Part shown: one piece after another, positions 1 through 11,617 of the stretch
How positions within the stretch are numbered: position 1 is the first letter of the stretch
How the letters are laid out: each line of letters starts with the position of its first letter
Assembly (NCBI GenBank): GCA_000934665.2
Contig: KZ538042.1
Coordinates: forward strand, 124,001 to 178,253
Reading direction: 5' to 3'
Length of the DNA: 54,253 nt
Source: Catajapyx aquilonaris
Lineage: Eukaryota
Notes under the pieces: model-generated
What the model saw: only the letters and a program-made list of their open reading frames with translations
Databases searched by the model: none
Told to the model about the DNA's origin: nothing
Made by a program: the position numbers and the translations under genes

Positions 1-783
1 CCGGGGTTTCCTGAGGATGGTCTCAGAATTCCCTCCGGCACCACTTGTGGATTATTCTCGAGTTGCTCCCAGGCCATCTCCGAATCACCCCCGGAATTAC
101 TGCCCCGGATTTACAGGGCAGACAAAAGGCCCCCCCCTGTAATTATTTATGCCATCCAATCGGAATGATTTTCCGACTGGACTGATATTAGGAAAATGTT
201 GCGAACCTGTAAGTATCGACCTAAAAGTGTAATTTTGTCCGCAGCAACTATTTTGATTATATGATCCTTCGAGTTGCCATGTACCCTTGCCCCACCAACC
301 CCCTCTCCTCCAGCCCTGGGGCCTCGTTCTCGCCTTGCAAACGAGGACAACGGCGGCAGTAAAACCTTATTGGTCGTCCCGCTCTAATATATGAAGTCCC
401 AGTTAATTGTCAAAAGGATATTAACACGCGCCCGGGATCACTTTCATTCCCACAACCTGCCTTCAGGGGTGGGATGGAGCCAAGGGGGGATCAAATTTCC
501 TCTCTTCTTCGTCTGACGAAATGCCTTCCACCCACCCACCCCACTCAAAACCCTGCTGGGTTGGGTAGAGAGGAATCCGAGAGTAGCATGCTTGCTGCCT
601 GCTTTTTTGTTTAGACCCCTGGAATTTGCAGAGTGACAGACGCTTTGAGAAATGGCGATGCTGCGTCTGCTGCTATGTATGAGAGGGCGACGCCGTCGGT
701 ACGTGTGTACGGCGTCGGAGTGACGTCGGCTTGCCTCAATTATTACCAGACGAGACAACATGTCGCGATTTTTGACTCGGTGA

Positions 784-1244
784 AGGCGCTGTTTACACCC
801 TGACGATATGAGCCTGGGTCGCACGACCAGGTGCTTTGCGACCGACAAAAATGGGAACGACTGAAGGTATGCGACCGCAAAACTGTGACCAAAATCATCT
901 CCAACAGAAACAGTCGCATGCCTCGACCGGACCTAGGAGAGCCCATTTTTATGGGTCGCACGACCATCACACTCTTTTCGACCGACAAAAATGGGACCGG
1001 ACCGGATCTGTAGGGGAGCATATTTTTTGTCGGTCGCAAAGCGTCTGATGGTCGTGCGACCGACAAAAATGGGACCGGACCGGATCTACAGGGGAGCAAA
1101 TTTCTGTCGGTCGCAAAGCGTCTGGTGGTCGTGCGACCGACAAAAATGGGACCGGACCGGACCTATAGGGGAGCGGATTTTTGTCGGTCGCAAAGCGTCT
1201 GGTCGTGCGACTGATGCTGAAATCGCGAAGGCGTAAACAGGCCT
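784..1244. mobile_element. PIF/Harbinger-type MITE (family H1), long form with internal tandem array
   Basis: Left end AGGCGCTGTTTACACCCTGACGATATGAGCCTGGGTCGCACGACCAG is an imperfect inverted copy of the right end ...CTGGTCGTGCGACTGATGCTGAAATCGCGAAGGCGTAAACAGGCCT. The same termini bound the 102-bp element at 42987-43088, which has a perfect TTA TSD. Flanks here (TGA/TGT) are degenerate. Confidence 0.8.
979..1210. repeat. Tandem array of ~74-78 bp hairpin-forming units (3 copies, plus a partial copy near 839)
   Basis: CGACCGACAAAAATGGGACCGGACCGGA starts at 979, 1057 and 1134. Each unit contains the internal inverted repeat CGACCGACAAAAAT...ATTTTTGTCGGTCG. Confidence 0.95.
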
Positions 1245-4200
1245 TGTGCACTGAGCTGGATGGCGCAGAATTTTTGGTACATCTGGTGAACGTGGCTAGG
1301 ATCTCCCGGGGGCCTGGACCATGCCTGGTGACGTGGATTCTGGTGCGGGAAATGAGCAGACTTTGCGGTCGGTTCCCACATTAGGCTGATGAGACAAGTG
1401 CAGAGCGCCGAGTGCACTCTCTCTCTATTTTCCGTCCATCCCTGGGCCCCACAGCAGGGTCAAAGAACCAAGACCAACGCAGCAGCATCAGGAGAAAAAG
1501 GAGCCCGAGGCGAAAAGGCCTCTGCCGTACCGTGCATTATTACAAGAATCGAGCGGAGGAAAGGAGCCTTGTCTGCTGCCATCAGGAAAAGGGGTTATCT
1601 GCTGGCTGCAGCATCCATCTGCTCCAACTCCAGATGAGGGGGGGAGATAACTCGATGAGCTGTGTCATAATTTGGTTATTTCGGCCCAATTCTCCCAACC
1701 CCGACTGAATTTCACTTCCTGTTGCGTCCTCTCTCAACCCGCCAACGTCGCCACAACATTTGCTTGCCCCTTGACCTCATCATCTCGCATTATGCCAGGA
1801 GACCCCCTCGGGCCGATTTAGCATATATATGGACCAGAGAAGGAATATTGTTACCGCCACGTGTTAATGTAGCAGCGTATACTCGGGAGGGAGAAAAACA
1901 GGAAGCAATTACCAAGCAATGGAGTTCGGATGAAACCTTGTTTGTCATCACTGATGGGGGAAGATGCTCCGCATGACTCAATGGCATGTCGGTCTGGAAA
2001 TGTATAGTGCACTGGTCGCTTTAGTTGGTGTAATAGCCTTCCTCATACCCACTAGCGAAAAACGAACTTTTATTTATGTATTTCCGTGTATTTCCTGCAG
2101 GTCTGAGGAGGATACCGTCAAACGTAATGAGATTGTGCCAGCGAATTTTTGAACAGTGGTAGCAGGTATAAACTAGTAAATTTAGGCATGTTTCACTACG
2201 TCAAGAGATGAATTCGCGGTAGAGAGCACTGTTGTCCCCCCAAAAAATGAGCTGGCACAATCTCACCACGTTGGACGGCACTTTTGTGCGCCTTGCTGAT
2301 TGTCTAAATTCCGGCACATCCTGTACCATCCGCTAATAAGAAGACGCCAGTTCCGGAATATTTGCCCCCGCTGCTGGTCTCCCTTATCTCGAAGCCACTG
2401 GAGAAAACGAGTCCCTTTGGAGGTCAGAGGGCAACCTATAGGAGCTGGCCATCTCCTCCCCTTCCCCCCTCCCTATCCTTCGGATCGAGATTGAGTCCTG
2501 GAGAAATGGCGCCCCCTCGTCTGATTAAAGATGGGGTAAGGGAAAGGGGCCGAAGAGATGAAGAAGGAAGTTGAAGGAACAAAGGGGGGGGAATAAGGTG
2601 AGGCTGCTGGGAAGGGAAGGCAGGAATTAGAGCAACTTGCTTCCTCTCCCTGCCTCCCAAGTTTTGAAGGAGGGGGGATGCTGGGATATTAAGTAAGGCA
2701 GGCAGAAGAGCAGGCCTCATAATTGGCTGCATAATTCCATCAGTGCAGCGCTGCCAGGTTGTCTATCCAAGGCTCCTCGGAATAAGTGGGCGGAAATGTC
2801 CCACCCACTCCCTGCCTCCAAGGGGGCCTTCTCCTTTTCCTTTCCTCCTATCCTCATATACCGTTGCCTCAGCCCCCGGAAAGCGATCCTCGAGTACAAC
2901 TTTGCACATCTTCAACACTCCTTCCCGCACAACTTTGATCGAATTTAGCGCCGCCTCCTTCCCCCAGCTGAGTTATGGCCAAAAGTCAACTCCCCAACTT
3001 TTAGGAACCGGATCGAAACGGGTGAGGGTGGAACCAAAGGACTTTTTAAATTCCTTAAAGACTCTCTCTCTTCCCACCTCAAAAAAAGAAGGGCATGGCT
3101 AATTACGAGCCCTATTTATTCCAAGCGCATTCAACCTGTAAGTCGCTTGAAGGCAAGGAAGGGATGCTAAGAGGGACCAAGGAAATAAAAAAAAAAGAGT
3201 GAGAGCTCGAGAGCAAGTTAAGCCTGAGAATAGATGGCGTTGGATGTCGAAAGTGTGAGTGGCGACCGTCGTCTCTCCGGACAAATTGAGTTGATGGAAG
3301 TTGGGACAAATAATTGATCTGAGTTGCTTCCAAGTTGCCAGGACGAGACGAGAGGAATTCTCTTGCCGCCTCCTGATTCCAGTCGTCGAGGGGAAAAGAA
3401 ATAAGAGAAGAAGGAGAAGGGGAAAAAAAGAAGTTGCGGTGCACTCTTTTTCCTCCAGCCTTTCTTTTTCTGTGGACACGCCCTTCTTCTTCTCCTTCTT
3501 TTTTTTTTTGAGGGGGGGGGGGGGTTGCAGAGAAGGCCAAATTAATAGTGGAAGCGCTTAACAACGCATAAACCTCGGGCTTTTTATCTGGAACTGGTAG
3601 CAAAAGTGGAAGGGGGGAATGCGCATATTTTAAAAATTGAAGGGAGAAGATCTCAGAGCTGGAGGATTTTTTTTGTGGGGAAAAAATCGGGCGGTTCATG
3701 AGGCTGAGTGCGGGAGGAATCTGGAACCGAGAGACGATGTGGAAGAGACGCCTGCCAACCATTTGAGGTTATTTTAAAATGGCAAAATTGTAAGTTGGCA
3801 GCACCTTTGAGTGACACGACCCCCCCAAAGAAAAAAGGTGGGTTATTGTGACGACTTAATCGGGCGATTAAAGGAATCGGGTGGTGGTTAGCGAATCGGG
3901 GTCTTCTTTCTCTTCCCCTGATCCCTTCCCAGGAGAGCAAAGCGGCGAGGCTATGCAAGCTTGGGTTTGTTTTCTTTGGCTCGACAGCCAATGGCTAGGC
4001 AAGGTGATGAACGACTATCGGGGCCATTAAGGCTGGATTTTAATTATTGTCGGGGTGTGTATAGGGCTATGCAAAGGGGGGGTTGTAACACAATCATCGG
4101 GGGAGATTAACAGGCTCCATTAATTGGTGATGATTAGCAAATCGAAAGGCTTGGATAGCACCAGAAACAATTAAGCCTCTTGGAGGGGGCGGAGGAGAGA

Positions 4201-4477
4201 GATTAATCAAAGGAAGCCAGCTTCCTCCTTCTTATAAGCACAAAGGAGATACTACTACCGCAATATTTTTGAATCCTCCCCCTTTTGACGACGTCACGCA
4301 CATTTTAAATCGGGACAAAGGAGGGATTCTCTTCTCTTTATGCGCACCTTTAACCCCTTCGCACTAAAGGATCGCACATTAAGTTTGCTTTCCGACCATC
4401 TGATCTTCCATGTCGCCTACAGTCACACTGGGCCAGGCCTCTTCAAAAAAGTCCATTATATAAATTAAAATACGGTA

Positions 4478-5015
4478 ATTCTAAAATCGTACTACTAATC
4501 CCCTTATTCTGTCTGTCTGCTTACATGTCCGCCAACACTCATCGCGTAGGTAGTATAGTTGCCATGTTTTTTTTTCCACTTTCCCCGTTCAACAATTACA
4601 GGACATACCGGTACGGTCAGAAAGGGTAGAACCCACTTCATGGAGCACCCTGGCGGGCTTTGTCTCATCACCAACGTGCATGTAGTACTACTTTCCCCCT
4701 AAGCACGGCAGTAGCGTGCAGATGGAGAGCCTAGGCGCCAACTGGTAGTGGCATATCGTACTACGTCCAAGTTGGAGGGTCGGACAAGTAGTGTTGCCAA
4801 AATTTGGCAACGAGTCCGCTATTCCCGACTGTCCACGTATAGTACCTTACGTCGACCATAGATGGCGCATCCTCTGTGCACACTACTGCCACTCTCAGGT
4901 GGTGCGAGGAGTAGTGGTACTCTCAGCTCGGACACATCACCACGTATAAATTATTCGCACACAACTAAATGCGCGGTAATAAAAATAATACGGCCCCTTT
5001 TACGAGGCGCTTTAA
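4478..5015 (+). mobile_element. Dispersed repeat family B (probable non-autonomous rolling-circle-type element with palindromic core)
   Basis: 4478-4775 matches the reverse complement of 30100-30578, sharing TACTACTAATCCCCTTA, GTCTGTCTG, CACTTTCCCCGTTCAACAAT and CTCATCACCAACGTGCATGTAGT. Internal inverted arms lie at ~4684-4725 and ~4870-4920. Fragments occur at 17040-17171, 7887-7930 and 34842-34895. The 3' boundary and class are uncertain. Confidence 0.65.
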
Positions 5016-5542
5016 TTTTCTTAAATTAAAAATGACTGCCGCTGTAGAGTGTTGGCTGCTTAGTACAGTGTGGGCCGAAGTTCATTAAGAAGGCCTGGCC
5101 GCAATTGGAGTAACTCCTCCCCCTCTGCCTATAAAGTGAGCGGAATGGGGGAGCCCGCAAGCCCAAAGGAGAGGTTTTAAGGGCCCTGTAGTTAGCCTAG
5201 GTCATCCTCCCCAGCTGTGTTGCGAGAGGCTCTGGAAGGGGGGGTCATCTCCAGGGAAAGACACAAAATTTGCTCCCCGTGTTTGGGAGGAACCTTCAGG
5301 GAACAGTGGCGTACTGCGACTCTCTCTCTGGAGGAAGGCAGAGAGAGGGGAAAAGGTCTGGCCAGGGTTGTGCACCCAAGTGTCAGCCCATTGTCCGGCT
5401 CGGACTAACGAGCTGTCATACTGGCCAAGGGTTGGACCCACCCCGGAATTAGTGTCCGGATTGTTTGGAAAGGCGGCCAAGTTGAGCCAAGGGAGACGAG
5501 AAGGAACATGGGGACTCCAGGACAGGGCTTTGCAAACTCAAT

Positions 5543-5585
5543 TTCTTCTTCCTCCCCTCCTCCTCCTCCTCCTCCTCCTCCTCCT
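5543..5585. repeat. (CTT)/(CCT)n microsatellite
   Basis: Directly visible CCT run. Confidence 0.95.
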
Positions 5586-5818
5586 GGTACCTTCTCCGAA
5601 ATATATTTTCCTAGAGAGGTCTGACCGAGCACTGTAGGGGAATCAGGGTGATTCCCATGCGACACGTGCTTGTTCTATCCCAAAGTTTTACTTTTACCAC
5701 ATTCTGTACATGATGATGTCAGTACAGTGCAGTACATGTTCAGTCCCAGATCAGTGCCAAGAACCAGCGAATCTCTGGGAGGTTTATCCACTGACATCAA
5801 TTGGATTCAAATTTGGAC

Positions 5819-6119
5819 TATTTCTCATTTTTAAACGGCTATGTCCGTCCGTATGTCTGTGTACATGTATCATAGCCGAAACTGCAAGAGATATCGACAA
5901 ACTGTTTTCGGATTCGGATTTAGCGGTTTCATGGCCAACTTCAGGTTTTCCGGGTGCACTCTCTCCGCCAAGGTCACGTCTACGGAGGGTGATCTTGTGT
6001 TCCTTAGCGACTAGAAATGAGACTGACAACATTCCATGTTGTTGTTGTCCAATTTGGATTTCCTTTGCAGTGAGAAAAAGTATACTCGAATCACGCTGGC
6101 GTGATTTGCCAATTTCGTT
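5819..6119 (+). mobile_element. Helentron-associated non-autonomous element (HINE/DINE-1-like), family A copy 1
   Basis: 5' subterminal TTTCTCATT, GTCC-type microsatellite, conserved body GAGATATCGACAAACTGTTTTCGGATTCGGAT...AAATGAGACTGACAACATTCCATG, inverted 3' subTIR TGAGAAAAAG followed by a short hairpin AATCACG-CTGG-CGTGATT. No TSD. This layout matches described HINE/DINE-1 elements. Confidence 0.8.
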
Positions 6120-7717
6120 GGCAGAAATGTGTAAACAGTGTGTGTAAAATTGGCTATCTGCCCTCTACTCCATTATTATGCAGTTTCTTGAATTCCCCTC
6201 ATTCCCTGTAAGCTTATCCTGTAATACATCATAACATGGAAGGAATTTCCCTGATCCGGATTCTTCCACCCTAGATTCCGGGAAAGCACCCCCCCCCCCN
6301 NNNNNNNNNNCCACTAAATTTTTCATACCCGTGTTTTTGTGGATTCTCCTGATGGCAGAAATTTTTGCACGGATTCCCTGCTCCATTTACTTGATTTTCT
6401 CCTGACTTTCCGAGATTCCTCTCGATATTTTTATGCTGACGTCAAATTTATCCTTGCCCAACCCTCCTCCGTATTCTCCTGGTTTCATGATTTCATCGAG
6501 AGTACAGGATGTTTGGAAAATATGATAAAAGTGAGAAAAGTCATTTGACGTGTTGTTAACGAGACCCTGCAGCCCTGCAAAATTTGGGAAGAAAAGTCAT
6601 GTAAAGAGCAATGTTAGTGTGCGGTGATTTGTCCAATAAAAGCTGATTTTCTGAATACATTTTCATGTATACCCTGTTGGCTACAGAAATGCTGATTCGC
6701 AACCATGTGTCAAACTGGGCCTTTCTCAGTCTTGTCTTTTGGTCAAATCACTGCTATGTATATGCAGGACTCTTTCCCTCCCAAAACTTTGCAGGGCTGC
6801 GAGTTCCTCTGGCACCATTATTTTTCATGACAAGTGCCAGGGGTCTTTTTCGATTCATAAATGTGTCACACGCCTGTGGAATAACGCTTTTATCACATCT
6901 TTCAAACACCCTGCAATTTCCCCGCCTTTCATATATACGTCGAAACGGTAGATGTCGCAGGAGACATAATTTGGCAGCCAAGAGAGTCCCAGTGACAAGG
7001 AAAGGAATTCTGAAGTTTGCCAAAGAGTGTTCGCCAAGCTACTTAATTAGCAATTATTTGCGAATTAACTGCCTTTTAGAGGCCTGGCAAGTTCGCACTG
7101 GTTCAAACGATAAGTGCATTTTCATTTTTTAAATTCGGTAACTGCACACTCGGTTATGCAGTGCAGCCACGTTGGGCCTAAAAGCTGCTTTAATTGTCTC
7201 AATGAATGTTTCACGTCCCACGAATCGAGTTTTGGCTTTGCAAAAAAAAAGTAATAATAGAAATGGCGTGTCCCACGTTGCTTTCAGAGCTCCGTTGGTT
7301 ACGAATGGTACTGTACGCAATATTGTCATTATCGGATCTAGCCCGGCTCGAGAGTGACATCAAAGAACGTTTCTTAAAACTGTGGGTTATACGCGAGACC
7401 ACATAAACCGTTAGTAAATATAGAGCCACGAGGTATACACCCCCGATAAACTGTGAATCGGCAGTGAATTGAGGGGGGATGTTTGTGTATTTACAGCGTT
7501 ACGATTGGACCGCAATGACATTACCGGATTCGAGGGTGGTTTAGCGGTCTCTCCTTAATCCCTCGATTGCTAAATCGGCAGACTCTCTCTCTCTACCTGG
7601 CGACGCAAAAGGGGGTTATTATTGTACGAGGGGGGCTGCAAATTAAACGTTTCAGCCGGCTCGAATCATCCACTTACTTAGGCTCCGTTGCACCAAGCCT
7701 GGTCAACTTTGCTCGAT

Positions 7718-7886
7718 TTTTAGAGATTTTATAGAATGGCTCTGTCCGTCAGTGTACAGGTATCAGGGCCTGAACCGCAGGAGATAGCGACAAACTGTTT
7801 TCGGAATCGGATTCAGAGTGGCCAAAATAGGTTTCATTGTCAACTTCCGGTTTTAGCCAAGATCGAGTCTACATGATTTATAAATT
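7718..7886 (+). mobile_element. HINE family A, 3'-truncated copy 2
   Basis: TTATAGAATGGCTCTGTCCGTC...AGGTATCAGGGCCTGAACCGCAGGAGATAGCGACAAACTGTTTTCGGAATCGGATTCAG...AAATAGGTTTC...CAACTTCCGG matches the other family A copies. Confidence 0.8.
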
Positions 7887-9344
7887 ACTATAGTAGCGGA
7901 CCCGTTGCCAAATTTTGGCAACAGTGCTTGGTCCACCCATATTTAGAAGGTAATTTGCGCATAGAAGGTAATTTATAAGGTAAATGGTTAAGAGTGTAGT
8001 CATAACTGACAGTTATATTTTGTGAATGAAGTTGATGGGAAGGAAATCAGTAGATGGAGCACGCTGCTTTCTTCCGCAAGTGGCACGACATGATAGAGGC
8101 GTTTTAATATCATAGGATGATGTTGAATGGATTCATCCAAGTTTTTTTTTTAACAATATAACGAGCATAATGTGACAGGCGTGACATGGGGGGTATGGGT
8201 TGGAAAGATTGGAAAGAAGCTGGACGTCACACCCATTGGGAAGGATGTTCCGGATGCGAATTTGGCCCCTTTGACCCGGCGCCATGCAGATGATGCCCCC
8301 CCACTCACCCACCCACCCACGCCAACCCAACCAACCAACCAACGCTGCTCGTGCAATCGATACTATACGATATAGGTTCGGGAGGGGGCATCCATCCCGC
8401 TCATCTGCATCCAGCAGCCCCCCTCCCTGTATTATTTCCTCTCTTTCTGTCACGCAAAATGATACGCATCACCTGAATGTGTAATGTCGTTTGGAAAAAA
8501 GCCGATTTTTGAAACAAATATCAAAAAATGCCTCCCAGAGTGCGTTTCATCCGGCTCGGTTATTCATTAGCGTAGGTGGCGGGGGCTAGCAATTATTGCG
8601 CTCAATATTTTAAGGACATAGCCCAAAATGGGATGCAAGCGACAAGAAATAATTGAGCAGCATGGCCCCCACTGTTTTTTTCGCTGCTAAAAAAAACCTG
8701 GAGCTGATCAGTACCAATCACTCTGTTTTATTGATGGCGACCGCACAGCTTGGCGGTAATACGGTGTTGCATGGCCCCGCCGGATTATTCGGGTGGGCCC
8801 TCCGGCCACTGGGGGGGGGGGAGGCCCATGGGCCCCCCAGGACGCAATCAAACGTGCTCCAAATGTTTCATATCGCAAATTGTAATTGGGCCATAAAGTG
8901 TTATGGGCGTCTCTCTCGAGAAACCCACGTTTGTAACCCGGGGAATACACTGTATCGCCCGTGCATTTCCGACTCAAAAATACACAACACAAAAATTTGC
9001 ATAACAAGCGCTGTAATTTTTTCCCCCGCTCAAAATACTGCATCCTTTTTACTCGTATTATGAATTGTGTGTCAGCTCACCTTCCGCACTGAATGTAAAC
9101 CGAGGGGGCCTTTTACTAGCCGATCTATGAAGGGGGATTGCATCAACACCTGTAAATTGTTTACCGTACAGTTAATTAGCAGCATTAAAATTCCTGGCCG
9201 CTAAAAGCTTGGATATCGCCCTCGTGAGTTAATGGGCGGGATGGAGGCTATCCTATAGCCAACCTCTTGCGCCGCTTTCATATTATTAGTAGGGTCTATT
9301 TGCTATATTACTCGAGTATACCACTCTTTAACTACCATCTTTCA

Positions 9345-9649
9345 TCTTATATAAATAAAGCCGTTTGTGAGTCTGTCTGTCTGTCCGCCTGCCAACCGTC
9401 ATTTGTCTGCCATCTGTGCTCCACCCCCAGGCCGGGAGAGGATGGAGGTGTTGGGGGTTGACTACAGTTGGCAGGCAAATGACGGTTACCGTTATACAGG
9501 CGGGAGAGGTTCAAGGTGTTGGAGTAGCAGGACCACAGATGGTATTGGTGGCCGGACACACAGAAAGACAGACAGTTGACGGGGGTACTGGCAGGTGTTT
9601 TCCCTTATTCATTCATTTCTTCCCGGGCAACGCCGGGTGCCGCAGCTAG
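9345..9649 (+). mobile_element. Non-autonomous Helitron, family C (Lep1-like)
   Basis: Starts A|TCTTATATAAATAAAG followed by a GTCT repeat. Ends with hairpin CCCGGGCAACGCCGGG and then CTAG (9646-9649). A second copy lies at 49236-49442. Confidence 0.85.
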
Positions 9650-9650
9650 G

Positions 9651-9840
9651 CGTACATAATGATATAAAACAGAAAGTTTGTTGGTATTTATGTATGTCAC
9701 GGCTGTCTAACCCACTTTCATAGTAATGAGAGTGCTGAAACTTGGCACCAATGGACCTCACCCCGGACAAACAGAGGCACAGACCTACTATACGGTGGAC
9801 ATTCGGCAACGTTGCCAAGTTTTGCCAAGGGTTCAACTAG
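9651..9840 (+). mobile_element. Non-autonomous Helitron, family D-related, head-to-tail with the family C copy
   Basis: 5' region TATGTCACGGCTGTCTAACCCACTTTC...TGAGAGTGCTGAAACTTGG matches 21935-22005. It ends GGGTTCAA-CTAG|T. Confidence 0.7.
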
Positions 9841-10845
9841 TTAACATATTTAATTTGCCCTTTGAACACTAACAATAAGATGTGATGGGCCTTCTTTCTT
9901 ATCACCTTCTGAATGCACCAATTTCCCGATGCAACTAGGAAAAGATGTTCAATTGCTTACCTTCTGGATGTTTACCCCTGAATTTGTCAAGTGCGAAATA
10001 CCTTCCACCTTCCAGGCAAATAATGCTTTTTTCTCTCTCTTTCTCTTTACCTTTCTCTCCTCTCCACTCTGCCATAAACGTTCTCCTGGGACCTGTTCGA
10101 TGTTAAAACAACACCTGTGTTACACAGTCCGTGCCAAGCGAGATATTATTTTTCCATGCTTTTTCTCTCTCTCTTCAAAAAACCAACCCTGTCCGAATCC
10201 TTGGCTTTTTCTATTTTCCTCCCACTCCACCCTTCCCTCCCTCCCTCCCCGCAGGTTCTATCCCGGAAAAAGGAAGAGGGAAAAAATAGAGGGTCCGGAA
10301 TCGCAATCGATTAAGCAAACGATTCCCGATCGGCGGCGGTGGCGATGCGGTAATTGAAATTTTATTGGGGGAAAGAGAGAGAGAAAGGGGGGGTGGCCAA
10401 TTCACCTCTCTCTCCCCTTTTCCCTCCCTCAGGAATCAATTCGCATGATTTTCCCGCCCTTTTTCATCCGGAGCGGAAGAGGCGCAATTTGCAAATTGAG
10501 CTGCGCCGATTGGCTTGCAGCTACGAGCAAACACAGGGCCAAAGCCCCTTTCTTCTTTTTTTTATTTTAGAAATGCCCAAATTGCCCCCCATCCATCGCG
10601 CTCGATATATTTTACGCACCGGATATTACTGCAACCGAAGCATCTATACGGAAAGGCTCCCCAAAAAAGGCCGAAAGAGTATGGAAAAAAATCTCCCAAC
10701 TGACAGGATATCTGTGTATGTGACATTCAGAAATGCTGCTCTTGGTACAATAAAAATTTTCTGTTATCGGTTTTGGTTCATTAATACTGAAAAAATGCGG
10801 GCTAATTCAGACTCAAAAATAAATCCATTTCGTAATATTATATCG

Positions 10846-11150
10846 CTCTTTAAAAATCGAGTGTTTTTCCACTCGATTTGAGTGATTTTCACGAGTTCGC
10901 CTATAATGGATTCGACTCCCACTCAATTTGAGTGAAAAATTTTCACTCGTCAACATGAGTAATGATTTCACTCAAATTGAGTGAAATAGGTTTTACTTCC
11001 TGAAAGAGTGTTCTCCCACTTATTCTTTCGAGTAATTTTCCACCCGATTAGAGTTAAAGTAAATATTTCCCGCGGAGTGAAATTAACTCAAGAGCATTTT
11101 CCGTAATTGCTATTTTTTAGTGAAATTTTCACTCGATTTGTTTATAGAGA
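10846..11150. mobile_element. Foldback-like MITE built from CACTC/GAGTG sub-repeats
   Basis: Termini CTCTTTAAAAATCGAGTG and CACTCGATTTGTTTATAGAG are inverted. The interior is repeated short palindromic GAGTG(A/T-rich)CACTC units roughly every 22 bp. Confidence 0.7.
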
Positions 11151-11246
11151 GGATACGCTGAATTTTTAAAAATAGCATCACAAATAGCTGTTTAAATCGA
11201 GGCAAGGGGTTGATCACTAGGCAGTTGAGCGTATAACGGACTTATA

Positions 11247-11392
11247 CTCATCAAGGTCACTCGCAATCGACAAAGTCGATTGACGTCAAAATGACGTCGC
11301 CAACTCTCCTCCCCCTTCCCTGGTCGGCATAGGCGACGTCATCGTCATTTTCACGTCAATCGAGTTTGTCGATTGCGAGTGACCTTGATGAG
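11247..11392. mobile_element. Near-perfect palindromic MITE with TA (TATA) flanks, Tc1/mariner-like
   Basis: ~50-bp TIR CTCATCAAGGTCACTCGCAATCGACAAAGTCGATTGACGTCAAAATGACG pairs with CGTCATTTTCACGTCAATCGAGTTTGTCGATTGCGAGTGACCTTGATGAG (2 mismatches). TATA on both sides. Confidence 0.9.
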
Positions 11393-11424
11393 TATATGGC
11401 TCTTGACGTGTGATTTACCAAACA

Positions 11425-11617
11425 TGGCGCCAAAAAAATTCCTATACACATCAGTGGACATCAATTCACTGACCCTTACTTAAAGTCATAATAATAATTA
11501 TTGTTGAAAGTCATTGTTGGCAATTGGACGTTTTTACTGCTTTAGAAATTTAGAAATTACTAAGCAGGAAAAACGTCACACTGATGTCCACTGATGGGTT
11601 GCAACTTTTTGGCACCA
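11425..11617. repeat. Degenerate inverted repeat (old MITE)
   Basis: TGGCGCCAAAAA...CATCAGTGGACATCA (11425-11463) is inverted at TGATGTCCACTGATG...TTTTTGGCACCA (11582-11617). Confidence 0.65.

Noticed and set aside
979..1210. CRISPR-like array of palindromic repeats
   Set aside because: The inter-repeat segments are near-identical rather than unique spacers, there are no cas genes, the context is eukaryotic, and the array lies within MITE TIRs.
2066..2171. Possible exon 2101-2165 after TTTCCTGCAG
   Set aside because: The acceptor is plausible but the donors (GTAATG, GTATAA) are weak, so evidence is insufficient.
3099..3762. 216-aa and 126-aa minus-strand ORFs
   Set aside because: Translations of purine/pyrimidine tracts and homopolymers, with no protein-like features.
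4432..5100. GGCCAGGCCT...AGGCCTGGCC as TIRs of an element enclosing family B
   Set aside because: Only ~10-16 bp of symmetry, partly self-palindromic, with no TSD. It could be chance.
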